Part shown: piece after piece, positions 1 through 9,914 of the stretch | Layout of the letters: the number at the start of each line of letters is the position of its first letter | Position numbering within the stretch: position 1 is the stretch's first letter | DNA from: an uncultured Eggerthellaceae bacterium | Lineage (GTDB): Bacteria > Actinomycetota > Coriobacteriia > Coriobacteriales > Eggerthellaceae | Reading direction: 5' to 3' | Assembly (NCBI GenBank): GCA_964477115.1 | Contig: CAYZCY010000002.1 | Coordinates: forward strand, 1,917 to 65,916 | DNA: 64,000 bases | The notes under the pieces: model-generated | The model's input: only the letters and a program-made list of their open reading frames with translations | Told to the model about the DNA's origin: nothing | Database searches by the model: none | Program-made: the position numbers and the translations under genes

Positions 1-259
1 CAACCCAATGTTGGTTGAAGGCATTCACGACATATTGAGAATCGGTGTACACGACAACTTCGCAAGGGCGCTTCAGCGCCTCAAAGCCCGTGATAATGCC
101 CAAGAGCTCCATACGGTTATTCGTGGTGCACGAATAACCCTGCGAAAACTCCTTCTCGTGCACACGTCCATCCGAAAGCACGCATCGAAGGATTGCGCCA
201 AAACCACCCGGGCCGGGGTTTCCCCTCGACGCGCCATCTGCATACAAGCTTACTTCCAC
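1..259 (-). CDS. rnhA: Ribonuclease HI; N-terminal part only, the gene runs off the left edge
   Basis: My own minus-strand translation from the GTG at 257-259 (AAGGAG 5 nt upstream) gives [50 protein letters not shown], which are RNase H core motifs. It is absent from the ORF track because no stop lies in the window. Confidence 0.8.
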   Translation of the reverse strand, partial: MEVSLYADGASRGNPGPGGFGAILRCVLSDGRVHEKEFSQGYSCTTNNRMELLGIITGFEALKRPCEVVVYTDSQYVVNAFNQHWV

Positions 260-282
260 GTGATCTCCTTAAAGGTATTGCC

Positions 283-1749
283 TTAACGCGGCCCATACTG
301 AAGGCGTTCCGCCAAATCGAGGAGTTCCTGCCTGCTATGAACGCCGCATTTGAGGTAGATCTTGCGAATATGGGTGTCCACCGTGCTTTTCGATATGAAC
401 AACTCTCCCGCAATGCGCTCGCTCGATCTACCACGAAGCACAAAGGGCAAAATCTCCGATTCGCGCTTCGAAAGCCCGGCATCGGACACGATTGCATCAA
501 CCGCAAGCTTGAAACCGTCAACACGCTCAACGGCAACCGAGAGCTCCTTCATATCCCTGTTTGTGAAAAGGAACAAATACGCCACGAGGACAACAATGCC
601 GGCAAGCGCGCAAAGCGCAGGGCCGACACCTTCAAAGGGAACGAGGTCGTAAACAAGATTGGCAACCGCCAAACCGAAAAACTCGCCGGCAAACAATGCC
701 ATAAAGCCTCGGGCAAAAGCAAGCGGTGCATCATGCGAGAGAACATAGGCCATCAGAAGGAAGAGGGTGATGAGCACGGCGGTGAGCCCCAAATAGCCAA
801 CCAAAACAATAGATTCGCCACTCACCCCTAAGTGCTGGTCCAGGAAAGGCGTAAGCAAATAACCGCTCACCATGAGAAGAACAGCCAGGCGATACGAGCT
901 GTCAAGCGGGCTTTCCTCCCTCGTCTTCACAGAGGAGCACTGGACATTCCCCGTTCTGCCTTGGTGCTTGCGGGTTTCACAAGGCTCATACAACTGAAGC
1001 GCTGCCAAGCAAAACAATACGAACAGGAAGAAAGTTACGGTAACGGTGCTTTCCACAGAAGCGAAACGGTGCGCATCAACCTCTATAAGACCAACAGCAA
1101 AGCCAAACATCGCCGTACCGGCCAAGATTTTGAAGGACAGGGCAACCACGCCATCATCAAGAGGACGATCGCTTGTTATGCGAACATCACCCGAGCCAGC
1201 TTGATTCACGGTTCGCCTCAGCAAAATAGCGCTTCCTAGCGGCGCAAAGTACAAAACGGAATAAATCCCCTCCACTGGGACAAGGGAAAGGACAAAGCAA
1301 ATAGCGGCTCCAAGACCCATACCCGCAAGCACGTCTGGAGCGCATCCCTTTACGCCGATACCGCACAGCGCGCTTGCCCAAGCGCACAGCATAAGCGCGG
1401 AGGGAATTCCAACGCAAATGCTTTCGTAGGCCAGACTCAACAGGTCCTGCGTACCAGCAAACGCGGGCACCCCTGCGCCGAGTACGAGGATAATGGCATA
1501 ACCGAGAACGAATCGCGGAGAAAGGCATATATCGCGAAGCTTTGGGGACAAAGAGCCTACCGCGTAGAAAGCAAGGCACATGAACAAAAGAACACCCATC
1601 TGCTCCGCACGCTCTACGCTCATTCCCATAAGGTTCAGATCCTGCTTTGGCTCAAGGTAGAACAAAGCGTAAAGAAAACCCTGGTTGCAAGCAAAGCCCA
1701 AAATAGTGCTCCAGGAGCGTCTGTGCTGCTCACGCTTCTGCTCAGTCAC
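283..1749 (-). CDS. LuxR-family transcriptional regulator fused to a large N-terminal multi-helix membrane domain
   Basis: 488-aa ORF with a GTG start and AGGAGG 6 nt upstream. About 400 aa are hydrophobic. The C-terminal LuxR/FixJ HTH reads SKRESEILPFVLRGRSSERIAGELFISKSTVDTHIRKIY. Confidence 0.8.
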   Translation of the reverse strand: MTEQKREQHRRSWSTILGFACNQGFLYALFYLEPKQDLNLMGMSVERAEQMGVLLFMCLAFYAVGSLSPKLRDICLSPRFVLGYAIILVLGAGVPAFAGTQDLLSLAYESICVGIPSALMLCAWASALCGIGVKGCAPDVLAGMGLGAAICFVLSLVPVEGIYSVLYFAPLGSAILLRRTVNQAGSGDVRITSDRPLDDGVVALSFKILAGTAMFGFAVGLIEVDAHRFASVESTVTVTFFLFVLFCLAALQLYEPCETRKHQGRTGNVQCSSVKTREESPLDSSYRLAVLLMVSGYLLTPFLDQHLGVSGESIVLVGYLGLTAVLITLFLLMAYVLSHDAPLAFARGFMALFAGEFFGLAVANLVYDLVPFEGVGPALCALAGIVVLVAYLFLFTNRDMKELSVAVERVDGFKLAVDAIVSDAGLSKRESEILPFVLRGRSSERIAGELFISKSTVDTHIRKIYLKCGVHSRQELLDLAERLQYGPR

Positions 1750-1811
1750 GCATTACCTCCTTTCGCAAGTTGATTGACGCTTGCATGAATTCGCAACCCT
1801 CATATTTTACC

Positions 1812-1845
1812 CAAAATGCCGAGCACCCGCATAAGCGGGTGCTCG
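1812..1845 (-). terminator. Intrinsic terminator downstream of tatA
   Basis: An 11-bp GC-rich stem (cgagcacccgc / gcgggtgctcg, 1820-1845) with a 4-nt loop, followed on the minus-strand RNA by GCAUUUUGGG. Confidence 0.6.
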
Positions 1846-1894
1846 TTGGGGATTATGACTTATACCTCAGGCGATAAAAATCTCTAGCGGGAAA

Positions 1895-2173
1895 TTACTC
1901 AGCAGCTTCCTCGGTCGCTTCAGACTTCTTGACGACCTTCTTGACGACCTTCTTCTTCGGAGCCTCTTCAAGAGCCTCGGACGCCTTCGCAGCCTCCTCA
2001 ACGACCTCTTCATCTTCTTCAAAGGCCTTGTCGCCACCCATACCCTCGCGAAGACCCTTGATGGACTTACCGATAGCATTGCCGAGCTTGGGAAGGTTCT
2101 TAGGGCCAAAGATCAAAAGGACGACAACAAGGATGACTACGAGCTCGGGCACGCCAAGGCCAAGGATCTTCAT
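1895..2173 (-). CDS. tatA: Twin-arginine translocase subunit TatA/E
   Basis: 92 aa with an N-terminal TM helix followed by the [10 protein letters not shown] hinge motif and a charged tail. An RBS-like GGAAGAGG lies upstream. Confidence 0.9.
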   Translation of the reverse strand: MKILGLGVPELVVILVVVLLIFGPKNLPKLGNAIGKSIKGLREGMGGDKAFEEDEEVVEEAAKASEALEEAPKKKVVKKVVKKSEATEEAAE

Positions 2174-2319
2174 AAGTAAAACCTCTTCCTGAAAGGATCA
2201 TTACAACAAGACAAATTTAAGCAATTACAGCGTTTTTGCCTATCACGCAAAGTAATGATTTTGCAAAACCGCAGGTCAGATGCGTATTGCATGCATAAGT
2301 TCAGTATCAATTACGCTCT

Positions 2320-2360
2320 AAACAAAAACAGCCCGCTTCCCCGATGAAGGAGAAGCGGGC
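2320..2360 (-). terminator. Intrinsic terminator downstream of hppA
   Basis: A 9-bp stem (gcccgcttc 2331-2339 / gaagcgggc 2352-2360) followed on the minus-strand RNA by UGUUUUUGUUU. Confidence 0.7.
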
Positions 2361-2384
2361 CTGAATGCCAGGTTTTAAACCGTA

Positions 2385-4499
2385 TTAGAACAGGTTCTGA
2401 ACCATGATGAACAGCGGGCTGAAGGTCAGCGAAACGATGGTCATCAGGTTGATGAGGATATTCATAGACGGACCAGAGGTGTCCTTGAAGGGATCGCCAA
2501 CGGTATCGCCAACGACAGCAGCCTTATGAGCCTCAGAGCCCTTGCCGCCATGATAACCCTGCTCGATGTACTTCTTGGCGTTGTCCCAAGCGCCACCAGC
2601 GTTGGACATGAAGATTGCAAGAAGCATACCGGTAGAAACGGCACCGGCAAGGAAGCCGCCAAGCATTGCCGGGTTAAAGCAACCGATGACAACCGGAACG
2701 ATGATGGCGAGACAACCCGGAAGCATCATTTCCTTGAGAGCGGAGCTGGTGGAGATAGCAACGCACTTGTCGTACTCGGGCTCTGCCTCGTACTCCATGA
2801 TGCCCTTGATCTCGCGGAACTGACGACGAACCTCTTCGACCATGGCATGAGCCGCGCGGGAAACAGCACCCATGGTGAGAGCTGCGAACATAAACGGCAT
2901 CATGGCGCCGATGAAGATACCAGCGACGATCATCGGGTCGGTAAGAGCAAGCTCGAAGTCAGGCAGAGCATGGTGCATGGTTGCCTGATAGGAAACAAAC
3001 AGAGAGATTGCAGAAAGGCCTGCGGAAGAAATAGCGAAGCCCTTTGCAATAGCAGCAGTGGTGTTGCCAACTGCATCAAGGGAGTCAGTGCGCTCACGAA
3101 CTTCCTCGGGCAGGCCAGCCATCTCGGCAATGCCGCCAGCGTTGTCAGCAACAGGACCGTAAGCGTCAACGCCGATAGTGATAGCGGTGTTGGAAAGCAT
3201 ACCGGTAGCAGCAAGGCCAACGCCGAAGAGGCCAACGGCGATTCCACCAGCAGAATCAGCATTCGGGAACGCCATGTTGCCAAAGGTGTAAGCGCCGATA
3301 ATAGCCAGAGCTACAAGGCAGATCGGGGCGATGGTGGACAGCATGCCCGTGCCGATGCCCTCGATGATAACGGTTGCTGCGCCAGTCTCAGCAGACTCGG
3401 CGATCTTGTGAACCGGCTTGTTGTGGTCGGAGCAGAAGTACTCGGTGATCTTGCCGATGGCAAGGCCGGCAACGAGGCCGCAGAGGACCGAACCCATGAG
3501 GAACAGCGGCTGAGCCTCGGTGGTGTTCTGGTTCCAAATGAAGAAGATGATGAAGATCACGATGATCTCAAGAGCGGCAGCCAGATAAGTGCCAGCGTTG
3601 AGGGCCTTGTGAAGGTCCGCACCCTCCTTGGTTCGAACTGCGAACAGACCGATGATGGAGGTGATGATGCCGCAAGCAGCAATGATAACAGGCACGCAGA
3701 TGGCCCAGATAACATCACCATCGGAGAAGTAACCGCCCAGAGAGGCAAAAGTCACTGCGAGGATGGTGGGAGCGAGGATTGCGCCGGTGTAAGACTCGAA
3801 GAGGTCAGCACCCATGCCGGCCACGTCGCCAACATTGTCGCCAACATTGTCAGCGATGGTTGCGGGGTTGCGCGGGTCGTCCTCGGGAATGCCTGCCTCA
3901 ACCTTGCCGACGAGGTCAGCGCCCACGTCAGCAGCCTTGGTATAGATGCCGCCGCCAACACGAGCAAAGAGAGCAACGGCGGATGCGCCGGTTGCAAAAC
4001 CCTCGACCATGCCGACATGCTCATGCATGAGCTCATAGGTGTCCACGCCGAAGACGAGGAGGATGAGCCAGAGAGAAAGACCCATAAGGGCGAAGGATGC
4101 AACGCACAGACCCATGGTGAGGCCGGACTTAAAGCTCACGTTGAGAGCCTTAGCCACAGACTCGGTAGCCGCATAGGCGGTACGGGTGTTAGCGCGGGTT
4201 GCAACATGCATGCCAACGTAACCAGCAGCAGCGGAAAGAACGCCACCGGTGACGAAGGCGAGTGCGGTGATCGGAGAAAGCGCAATTGCCATAATGGCTG
4301 CAACAACGATCATGAAGATGATAAGCAGCTTGTACTCAGACAAAAGGAACGCCTTTGCGCCCTGCTGAATCTTGAGGGAGATGTTGTTCATCTTGTCCGG
4401 GCCGGGGTCCTGCTTGATAACCCACGAACCGAGGTAGCCTGCTACCGCGATGCCGATGGCAGCGCAAACCGGAGCAAGCCAGGCGACTGAAGTAGTCAC
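2385..4499 (-). CDS. hppA: Membrane-bound ion-translocating pyrophosphatase
   Basis: 704 aa and highly hydrophobic. It carries the signature [59 protein letters not shown] start with AGGAGG 7 nt upstream. Confidence 0.95.
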   Translation of the reverse strand: MTTSVAWLAPVCAAIGIAVAGYLGSWVIKQDPGPDKMNNISLKIQQGAKAFLLSEYKLLIIFMIVVAAIMAIALSPITALAFVTGGVLSAAAGYVGMHVATRANTRTAYAATESVAKALNVSFKSGLTMGLCVASFALMGLSLWLILLVFGVDTYELMHEHVGMVEGFATGASAVALFARVGGGIYTKAADVGADLVGKVEAGIPEDDPRNPATIADNVGDNVGDVAGMGADLFESYTGAILAPTILAVTFASLGGYFSDGDVIWAICVPVIIAACGIITSIIGLFAVRTKEGADLHKALNAGTYLAAALEIIVIFIIFFIWNQNTTEAQPLFLMGSVLCGLVAGLAIGKITEYFCSDHNKPVHKIAESAETGAATVIIEGIGTGMLSTIAPICLVALAIIGAYTFGNMAFPNADSAGGIAVGLFGVGLAATGMLSNTAITIGVDAYGPVADNAGGIAEMAGLPEEVRERTDSLDAVGNTTAAIAKGFAISSAGLSAISLFVSYQATMHHALPDFELALTDPMIVAGIFIGAMMPFMFAALTMGAVSRAAHAMVEEVRRQFREIKGIMEYEAEPEYDKCVAISTSSALKEMMLPGCLAIIVPVVIGCFNPAMLGGFLAGAVSTGMLLAIFMSNAGGAWDNAKKYIEQGYHGGKGSEAHKAAVVGDTVGDPFKDTSGPSMNILINLMTIVSLTFSPLFIMVQNLF

Positions 4500-4709
4500 G
4501 TCCTGTCCTCCTTGAACTTCCTACTAATACTAATGTTGCTGTCCTCCAGCGCGGCATTCTGACGCGGGAGGGCAGTAACCTCCCTATTTTAAGTTAGTTG
4601 AATTATTTGTGAAGACCCCAATCACTGCGGAAGCAAAGAATAGGTCCAAAGATTTCAGCAAGCGGCATGCTCAATTTATGGGGGTATTACTGTATACTGA
4701 CTTGGTTTC

Positions 4710-6611
4710 ATGACCAAGATTCTCAACATATTCGAACGCCTGCGTGCAGCCCTTGACCGACACCCCATCCCTACTCGTGTCGCGCTTGCCTGCATCGCCG
4801 TGCTATTGGGTTACGTTTTCATCGAAGGAACCTGGAACACTCAAGCCTACAGCATGGAGATGCGCTACCTGGCACCCAACCTGCTGTTCTTAGCGTTCAT
4901 ATACTGCGTGCTGTACTTTTGGGGACAGCAGAGCCGTCTGACCGTAGCGCTCTTTTGGACGATCTGCTTGGTCATGGGCATCGCCGACTACTTCCTCGTG
5001 CAATTCAAAGGCCAACCCGTGGTCCCGGCCGATATCCTCGCAATACAAACTGCTCTCGAAGTGAAAGAGGGATACGACCTTTACCTGTCCGCCCCCCTTA
5101 TCCAAAGCATCTCTTTCTACGTATTGAGCCTTGGCGCACTGTGCTTCATCCCCAAGATTCAACTGAATCGAAAGCTGACAGGGATCAACATCGGCCTTGC
5201 CCTGGTTCTCACCGCAGGATCTGTCCTCTACATTGACGAAGGTGACATCCAGGAAGACTTCGACTGCGCGGTAGGCCAATGGAACACGCTGTGGTACTTC
5301 GAGAACCAGGGCACAACCCTATGCTTCCTGAAAAGGGTGCAGGACTTCTTCCCCGACCCTCCCGACGATTATTCAAGCAGCGCAGCTGAGGCTATTCTTT
5401 CCGCAAGCGCAAGCTCCTCAAGCAGCGACGACTCAACCATCGATTCAGAAGATCTACCCAACATCATCGTGGTCATGAACGAAAGCTTCGCCGATGTATC
5501 GACGCTTCCCCTCGTCGATAGCAATGTCGAACTGCTAAGCCAGTACTACTACTACGCAGAGCAATCCGTGCAGAGCGGTATTGCCTACGCCTCCGTATTT
5601 GGCTCGGGAACCTGCAACAGCGAATTCGAAGTTATTACCGGATCCGCCATGACCAACCTCGGAGACAACGTCTACCCCTACGTCATGTATGACCTGAGCA
5701 GCAACGAAAACCTAGTCACCTACCTTGAGGGCTTGGGCTATGAATCGCTTGCCATGCATCCTGCGGAGGCCAAAAACTGGCGCCGCGATCGCGTTTACGA
5801 GGCACTGGGCTTCGATGCCTTCCTCGACATCACTGACTTCGAGGACTCGGAGAAACTTCGTTGGTACACCACCGACATCGAAACCTACACGCGCTCCATT
5901 GAGGCTATCGTGAACGCCGAAGCTCCTCAGTTCATCTTAGATATCACCATGCAAAACCATGGCGGCTATACTTCCGGTCTTCTTCAGGATATATCCTGCA
6001 TCGATATCACCGCTAACGGCAGCTCTTACCTGGCTCTCAGCGAATACACCACGTGTGCCGAACGATCGGACTGTGACCTGGGTCTTTTCCTCAGCCAGCT
6101 TGATGAGCTCGATGAGAAGGTAATCGTGCTGTTCTTCGGAGATCACCAGCCGAGCCTTACCGATGTACCAGCCGAAGAAGTCTACGGCAAGGCAACAGAG
6201 GATATGAACCTTGAGGAGCTCCAGCAAATGTACGGAGTTCCCTATCTCATCTGGGCAAATTACGAAACTGCAGCCGGCATAGGCACCAAGCTCGACACGA
6301 GCCTCAATTACTTGGGCGCAAACCTGATCAACGCTGCAGGGCTTCCCCTTTCGCCCTACCTCAGCTTCCTTGAAAGCTCACAGGCGGTTGTTCCGGCCCT
6401 CAACCAAAACGGCTACATGAGCGCAGACGGAATCTGGCACGCCTACCCCACGGGAAATGCGGATGACACCTTATCAAGCGATCAAAACGCTGAGGATACC
6501 GGGGATGCCTTGCTCATCACCGACGCTTTGCAAGTGGTGAGCAATTACGCCATCGTACAGTACGCCAACCTCTTTGATGCCCAGAGCGTAGCGGACCTGC
6601 TTAGCCTATAG
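4710..6611 (+). CDS. LTA synthase family / sulfatase-domain membrane protein (phosphoglycerol-transferase-like)
   Basis: 633 aa. N-terminal hydrophobic helices are followed by an extracytoplasmic sulfatase-type domain with NIIVVMNESF, GSGTCNSEFEVITG and FFGDHQPSL. Confidence 0.8.
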   Translation: MTKILNIFERLRAALDRHPIPTRVALACIAVLLGYVFIEGTWNTQAYSMEMRYLAPNLLFLAFIYCVLYFWGQQSRLTVALFWTICLVMGIADYFLVQFKGQPVVPADILAIQTALEVKEGYDLYLSAPLIQSISFYVLSLGALCFIPKIQLNRKLTGINIGLALVLTAGSVLYIDEGDIQEDFDCAVGQWNTLWYFENQGTTLCFLKRVQDFFPDPPDDYSSSAAEAILSASASSSSSDDSTIDSEDLPNIIVVMNESFADVSTLPLVDSNVELLSQYYYYAEQSVQSGIAYASVFGSGTCNSEFEVITGSAMTNLGDNVYPYVMYDLSSNENLVTYLEGLGYESLAMHPAEAKNWRRDRVYEALGFDAFLDITDFEDSEKLRWYTTDIETYTRSIEAIVNAEAPQFILDITMQNHGGYTSGLLQDISCIDITANGSSYLALSEYTTCAERSDCDLGLFLSQLDELDEKVIVLFFGDHQPSLTDVPAEEVYGKATEDMNLEELQQMYGVPYLIWANYETAAGIGTKLDTSLNYLGANLINAAGLPLSPYLSFLESSQAVVPALNQNGYMSADGIWHAYPTGNADDTLSSDQNAEDTGDALLITDALQVVSNYAIVQYANLFDAQSVADLLSL

Positions 6612-7529
6612 ATTGTTTCGCACCCAATCGATATTAGCCATAACGGTACTGATCAGTTCGTCAAGCGTTGGAAAACTCATCATGGGGCGAAGCCACTCGA
6701 TAAACTCCACGCAAATGCTCTTGCCGTAAATATCACCCTCAAAATCCAGAATGTGTACCTCAACGTTGGCTTTCGCACTATCTGCGAAGGTGGGCGCTAC
6801 GCCGTTGGAAACAGCTGCCTTGAAACGTTTGCCGTCAACGTAAGCATAGGCAGCATACACGCCGTCGCCTAAGACCTTGAGCATGTCTGGAACATGAAGG
6901 TTAGCGGTCTTGAAGCCGAAGTCTCCGCCTTCTCCCCTTCCCTGCTGAACTTCGCCCCAAACGCAGTAGTTGGCATCGAGCAAGGAGTTGGCCTCCATGA
7001 TGCTGCCTTGCGCCAAAAGAAGCCTTATGCGAGAGGACGTGACAGGCTTGCCGTCGAGCTCCAGAAGGTCATGGCCATGCACACGCATCCCGCGAGCGCT
7101 TCCCCACTCCTCAAGCTCCGCAAGGCCGCCGGAGGCTCGTGCCCCGAAGCGCAGGTCAAAGCCAACGTGCATGCTGAAGGGAATCCCGCCCGCAAAACTC
7201 GACTCGAGGAAATCCGCAGGCTGCTGCGCGGCAAATTCAGGTGTGAAGGGAAGCACGACAACAGCATCAAGTCCCAGCTCGGCCAAGCGCTTGATACGCT
7301 GTTCGTTGCTCATGAGCTTCTTCAAGCGGTCTGCGCGGAACAGCTCGTCAGGATCGATGTCGAAGGTAAGCGCAATCGCCGCACGATCGGCCTTGCGCGC
7401 CTCACGGCAGGCCTGATCGACGATATAGCAATGACCCTTATGCACGCCATCGAAGACGCCGAAGGCGCAGCATGCCCCCGCTAGGAGACCCCTGTCATGA
7501 GCTTCTTGAAGACTACAGATTACCGCCAC
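6606..7529 (-). CDS. ribF: Bifunctional riboflavin kinase / FMN adenylyltransferase
   Basis: 307 aa. GVFDGVHKGHCYIV is the nucleotidyltransferase motif, and the C-terminal riboflavin-kinase region reads VEVHILDFEGDIYGK. It overlaps the truB 3' end by 17 nt. Confidence 0.9.
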   Translation of the reverse strand: MAVICSLQEAHDRGLLAGACCAFGVFDGVHKGHCYIVDQACREARKADRAAIALTFDIDPDELFRADRLKKLMSNEQRIKRLAELGLDAVVVLPFTPEFAAQQPADFLESSFAGGIPFSMHVGFDLRFGARASGGLAELEEWGSARGMRVHGHDLLELDGKPVTSSRIRLLLAQGSIMEANSLLDANYCVWGEVQQGRGEGGDFGFKTANLHVPDMLKVLGDGVYAAYAYVDGKRFKAAVSNGVAPTFADSAKANVEVHILDFEGDIYGKSICVEFIEWLRPMMSFPTLDELISTVMANIDWVRNNL

Positions 7530-8535
7530 GAATTACCCCCGTCTGGAAATTGCACTTCGCCTTCAAAAGATGGCGCTTCCCTTCGAATTCGTAAATAGCC
7601 GCAAGCTTGTTTTCAGCCACGAGGCAGATAAGCTCGCCATCGCGCAGAGGCTCATCGCTCGTACGGATACCCGAGGTGCAGGCGCAAAGATCGTAGTCGC
7701 TGCGCGGATAGCGATATTCGCAGATATCGATATCCTCTGACTTGAGGAAGTTTCCGTTGGAAACCGCCTTTTGCTGGCGCTCGTCAATGAAGCAAAGGCG
7801 ATAACCCAGCAGGCGCACGGGGTCGAGCGCGGCCTTGACGCCAAGCTCCTCGAGAGCCTCCAGGCTAACGCAATCGGAAATGCCGATAGGCCCAGCCTCA
7901 AGCCTTCTCAAGGCGCCCACATGGGCCGGGCAGGCAAGGCTGTTTCCAATGTCGCGCGCGAGGGACCTGATGTAGGTGCCCTTTGACACACTAAAGGCAA
8001 TCCTCCACACGGCAACGCCGGTATCTTCTTGTTCAAACACCTCAAGCAGTTCAGCCGAGTACACCTCAATGTCGCGCGGCTCAAGCTCGATCACCACGCC
8101 CTTGCGAGCCGCATCGCAGGCCTTCACTCCCCCAACTTTGATAGCCGAATAAACGGGGGGAAGCTGCTTATGGGGTCCAACGAGCGTGGCGACAAACTCT
8201 GTCGCAAAGTCAAAGGAGAAGAGTTGATCGCAAACGTCCGCCGTGCGTATGGTCTCGCCATCGCAATCGTCGGTATCGGTTGCGCTACCGAAGACAACAT
8301 CGACCACGTAGCGCTTGTCATGGGCCGTCATATAGGCGTCAAGACGAGTAGCAGATCCGATGCAAATGGGAAGAACACCCGACGCGAGCGGGTCAAGGGT
8401 CCCCGTATGCCCCACCCTTCGCTCACCGAAGATTCGTCGGCAACGATTTACTACGTCATGGGAGCTCATTCCAGACGGCTTGTCCACGCCCACAACAAGG
8501 CAAAGACCCGATGCTCCCCTCTTCTGCGCGCACAT
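7513..8535 (-). CDS. truB: tRNA pseudouridine(55) synthase
   Basis: 340 aa with the catalytic motif GHTGTLDPLASGVLPICIG. It sits in the conserved position between nrnA/rbfA and ribF. Confidence 0.9.
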   Translation of the reverse strand: MCAQKRGASGLCLVVGVDKPSGMSSHDVVNRCRRIFGERRVGHTGTLDPLASGVLPICIGSATRLDAYMTAHDKRYVVDVVFGSATDTDDCDGETIRTADVCDQLFSFDFATEFVATLVGPHKQLPPVYSAIKVGGVKACDAARKGVVIELEPRDIEVYSAELLEVFEQEDTGVAVWRIAFSVSKGTYIRSLARDIGNSLACPAHVGALRRLEAGPIGISDCVSLEALEELGVKAALDPVRLLGYRLCFIDERQQKAVSNGNFLKSEDIDICEYRYPRSDYDLCACTSGIRTSDEPLRDGELICLVAENKLAAIYEFEGKRHLLKAKCNFQTGVIRGGNL

Positions 8536-8537
8536 GA

Positions 8538-9527
8538 TTACTCCGCCACAAACAAGGACAGACGGCTCTTCATGGTTTCAACCGCCTCATCGATGCTCAT
8601 GTCCAGACTGAAGCCTGCCGCGGCTCTATGTCCGCCGCCGCCGTATTCTCGCGCAACCGAGGCAACATCGGCATCATCCTTAGCGCGCAAGCTGCCGCGA
8701 ACCACACCGTCCTGCTCGCGAAGCACGCATGCAACGCTAATCCCCCTAATGGAGCGAAGGATGTCGATGATAGGTTCAGCATCAGCCTTCGTGGCAGAGC
8801 AAGCCTCGAAATCAGCCTTGGTAAGCCAACTCATTGCAAGCTTGCCGCCCTCCAGGTAAATCATGCGATCAAGCGCGATAGCCTCGATCATAAGGGAGGC
8901 CTTGGTCCTGTTCTGATATACCGCACGGGAAATCTCATGGGGCTTAGCACCCGCCTCTACCATCTCGGCAGCTTTAGCGAAGCACAAGGCGTCGGCGTTT
9001 TGGTACTGAAAACGCCCAGTATCAGTCATAAGGCCGGTATAAGCGCAGGTAGCAATGGCGGCGGTACGCTCCACGTCCAAAAGACCGACAAGATCCCACA
9101 CCAAAAGCGAACAGGATGCGCTTGCCGGGGCCGCAAAGGTGAACTCCGTCATGGCAGTATCGGATTCGTGGTGGTCAATGGTGATGGAGCTGCGAGCCCC
9201 ATCCAAAACGACGGCAGCATCCGCCAAGCGTTCACGCGTCGGAACGTCAAGCGCTATGAAGAGATCAACCTCACAAGCGCATTCAGAAGCAGGAACAAGC
9301 TCTTCAAAGCCCTCCATAAAGGAAAGCGAGGGATCAACGAAGTCTGCTTTGGCCAAAAGGCAGTGCACTTCTTTTCCCAAGGCGCGCAAGGCCGAAGCCA
9401 AAGCAAGCTCGGATCCCAGGCAGTCTCCATCGGGGCTCACATGCCCGCAAAGTGCAAAAGATTGCGCCCCGTTGATACGGGACGCAATCTCGGTAAGCGT
9501 GATATTAGTTCGAGGACTAAGCTGCAT
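8538..9527 (-). CDS. nrnA: DHH/DHHA1 phosphoesterase (NrnA-like oligoribonuclease / pAp phosphatase)
   Basis: 329 aa with HVSPDGDCLGS, IDHHE and the C-terminal GGGGH motifs. Confidence 0.85.
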   Translation of the reverse strand: MQLSPRTNITLTEIASRINGAQSFALCGHVSPDGDCLGSELALASALRALGKEVHCLLAKADFVDPSLSFMEGFEELVPASECACEVDLFIALDVPTRERLADAAVVLDGARSSITIDHHESDTAMTEFTFAAPASASCSLLVWDLVGLLDVERTAAIATCAYTGLMTDTGRFQYQNADALCFAKAAEMVEAGAKPHEISRAVYQNRTKASLMIEAIALDRMIYLEGGKLAMSWLTKADFEACSATKADAEPIIDILRSIRGISVACVLREQDGVVRGSLRAKDDADVASVAREYGGGGHRAAAGFSLDMSIDEAVETMKSRLSLFVAE

Positions 9528-9530
9528 GAA

Positions 9531-9914
9531 CTAGTACTCCTCTTCCTCACCGCGAAGCTCAGCGCTTGCGATGTTGCGATCACGGTCGCGGTTGAGGGCA
9601 CTTGCGATACCCTCGGCAAGGTCGACCGACTTATCCAGATGGAAGCGCAGCTCGGGCGCAACACGCCAGGAAAGCTGCCTTGCCATCAGGGAGCGAATGC
9701 GACCCGAAGCCTTATCGAACGCAGCCTTGACGGCCTCATATCGCTCAGGCTCGGTGGTGTAGTACACGTTGCATGCGCTGCGGTCAAAGCTCACTTCGCA
9801 ACCGGTGATGGTTACCATGCTAAGGCGCGGATCGGAGATCTCGAAGAGCAGGATGCTCGCGATCACCTCGCGAGCCTGCTCGTTCACACGCCTGTTTGAA
9901 GAATTCTGCTTCAT
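9531..9914 (-). CDS. rbfA: Ribosome-binding factor A
   Basis: 127 aa. It lies immediately after infB, with start and stop overlapping as TAATG. The N-terminal RRVNEQAREVIASIL is typical of RbfA. Confidence 0.9.
   Translation of the reverse strand: MKQNSSNRRVNEQAREVIASILLFEISDPRLSMVTITGCEVSFDRSACNVYYTTEPERYEAVKAAFDKASGRIRSLMARQLSWRVAPELRFHLDKSVDLAEGIASALNRDRDRNIASAELRGEEEEY

Noticed and set aside
8-286. A 92-aa plus-strand ORF at the left edge.
   Set aside because: The opposite strand encodes clear RNase HI motifs with a good RBS and GTG start, and the plus-strand translation has no recognisable features.
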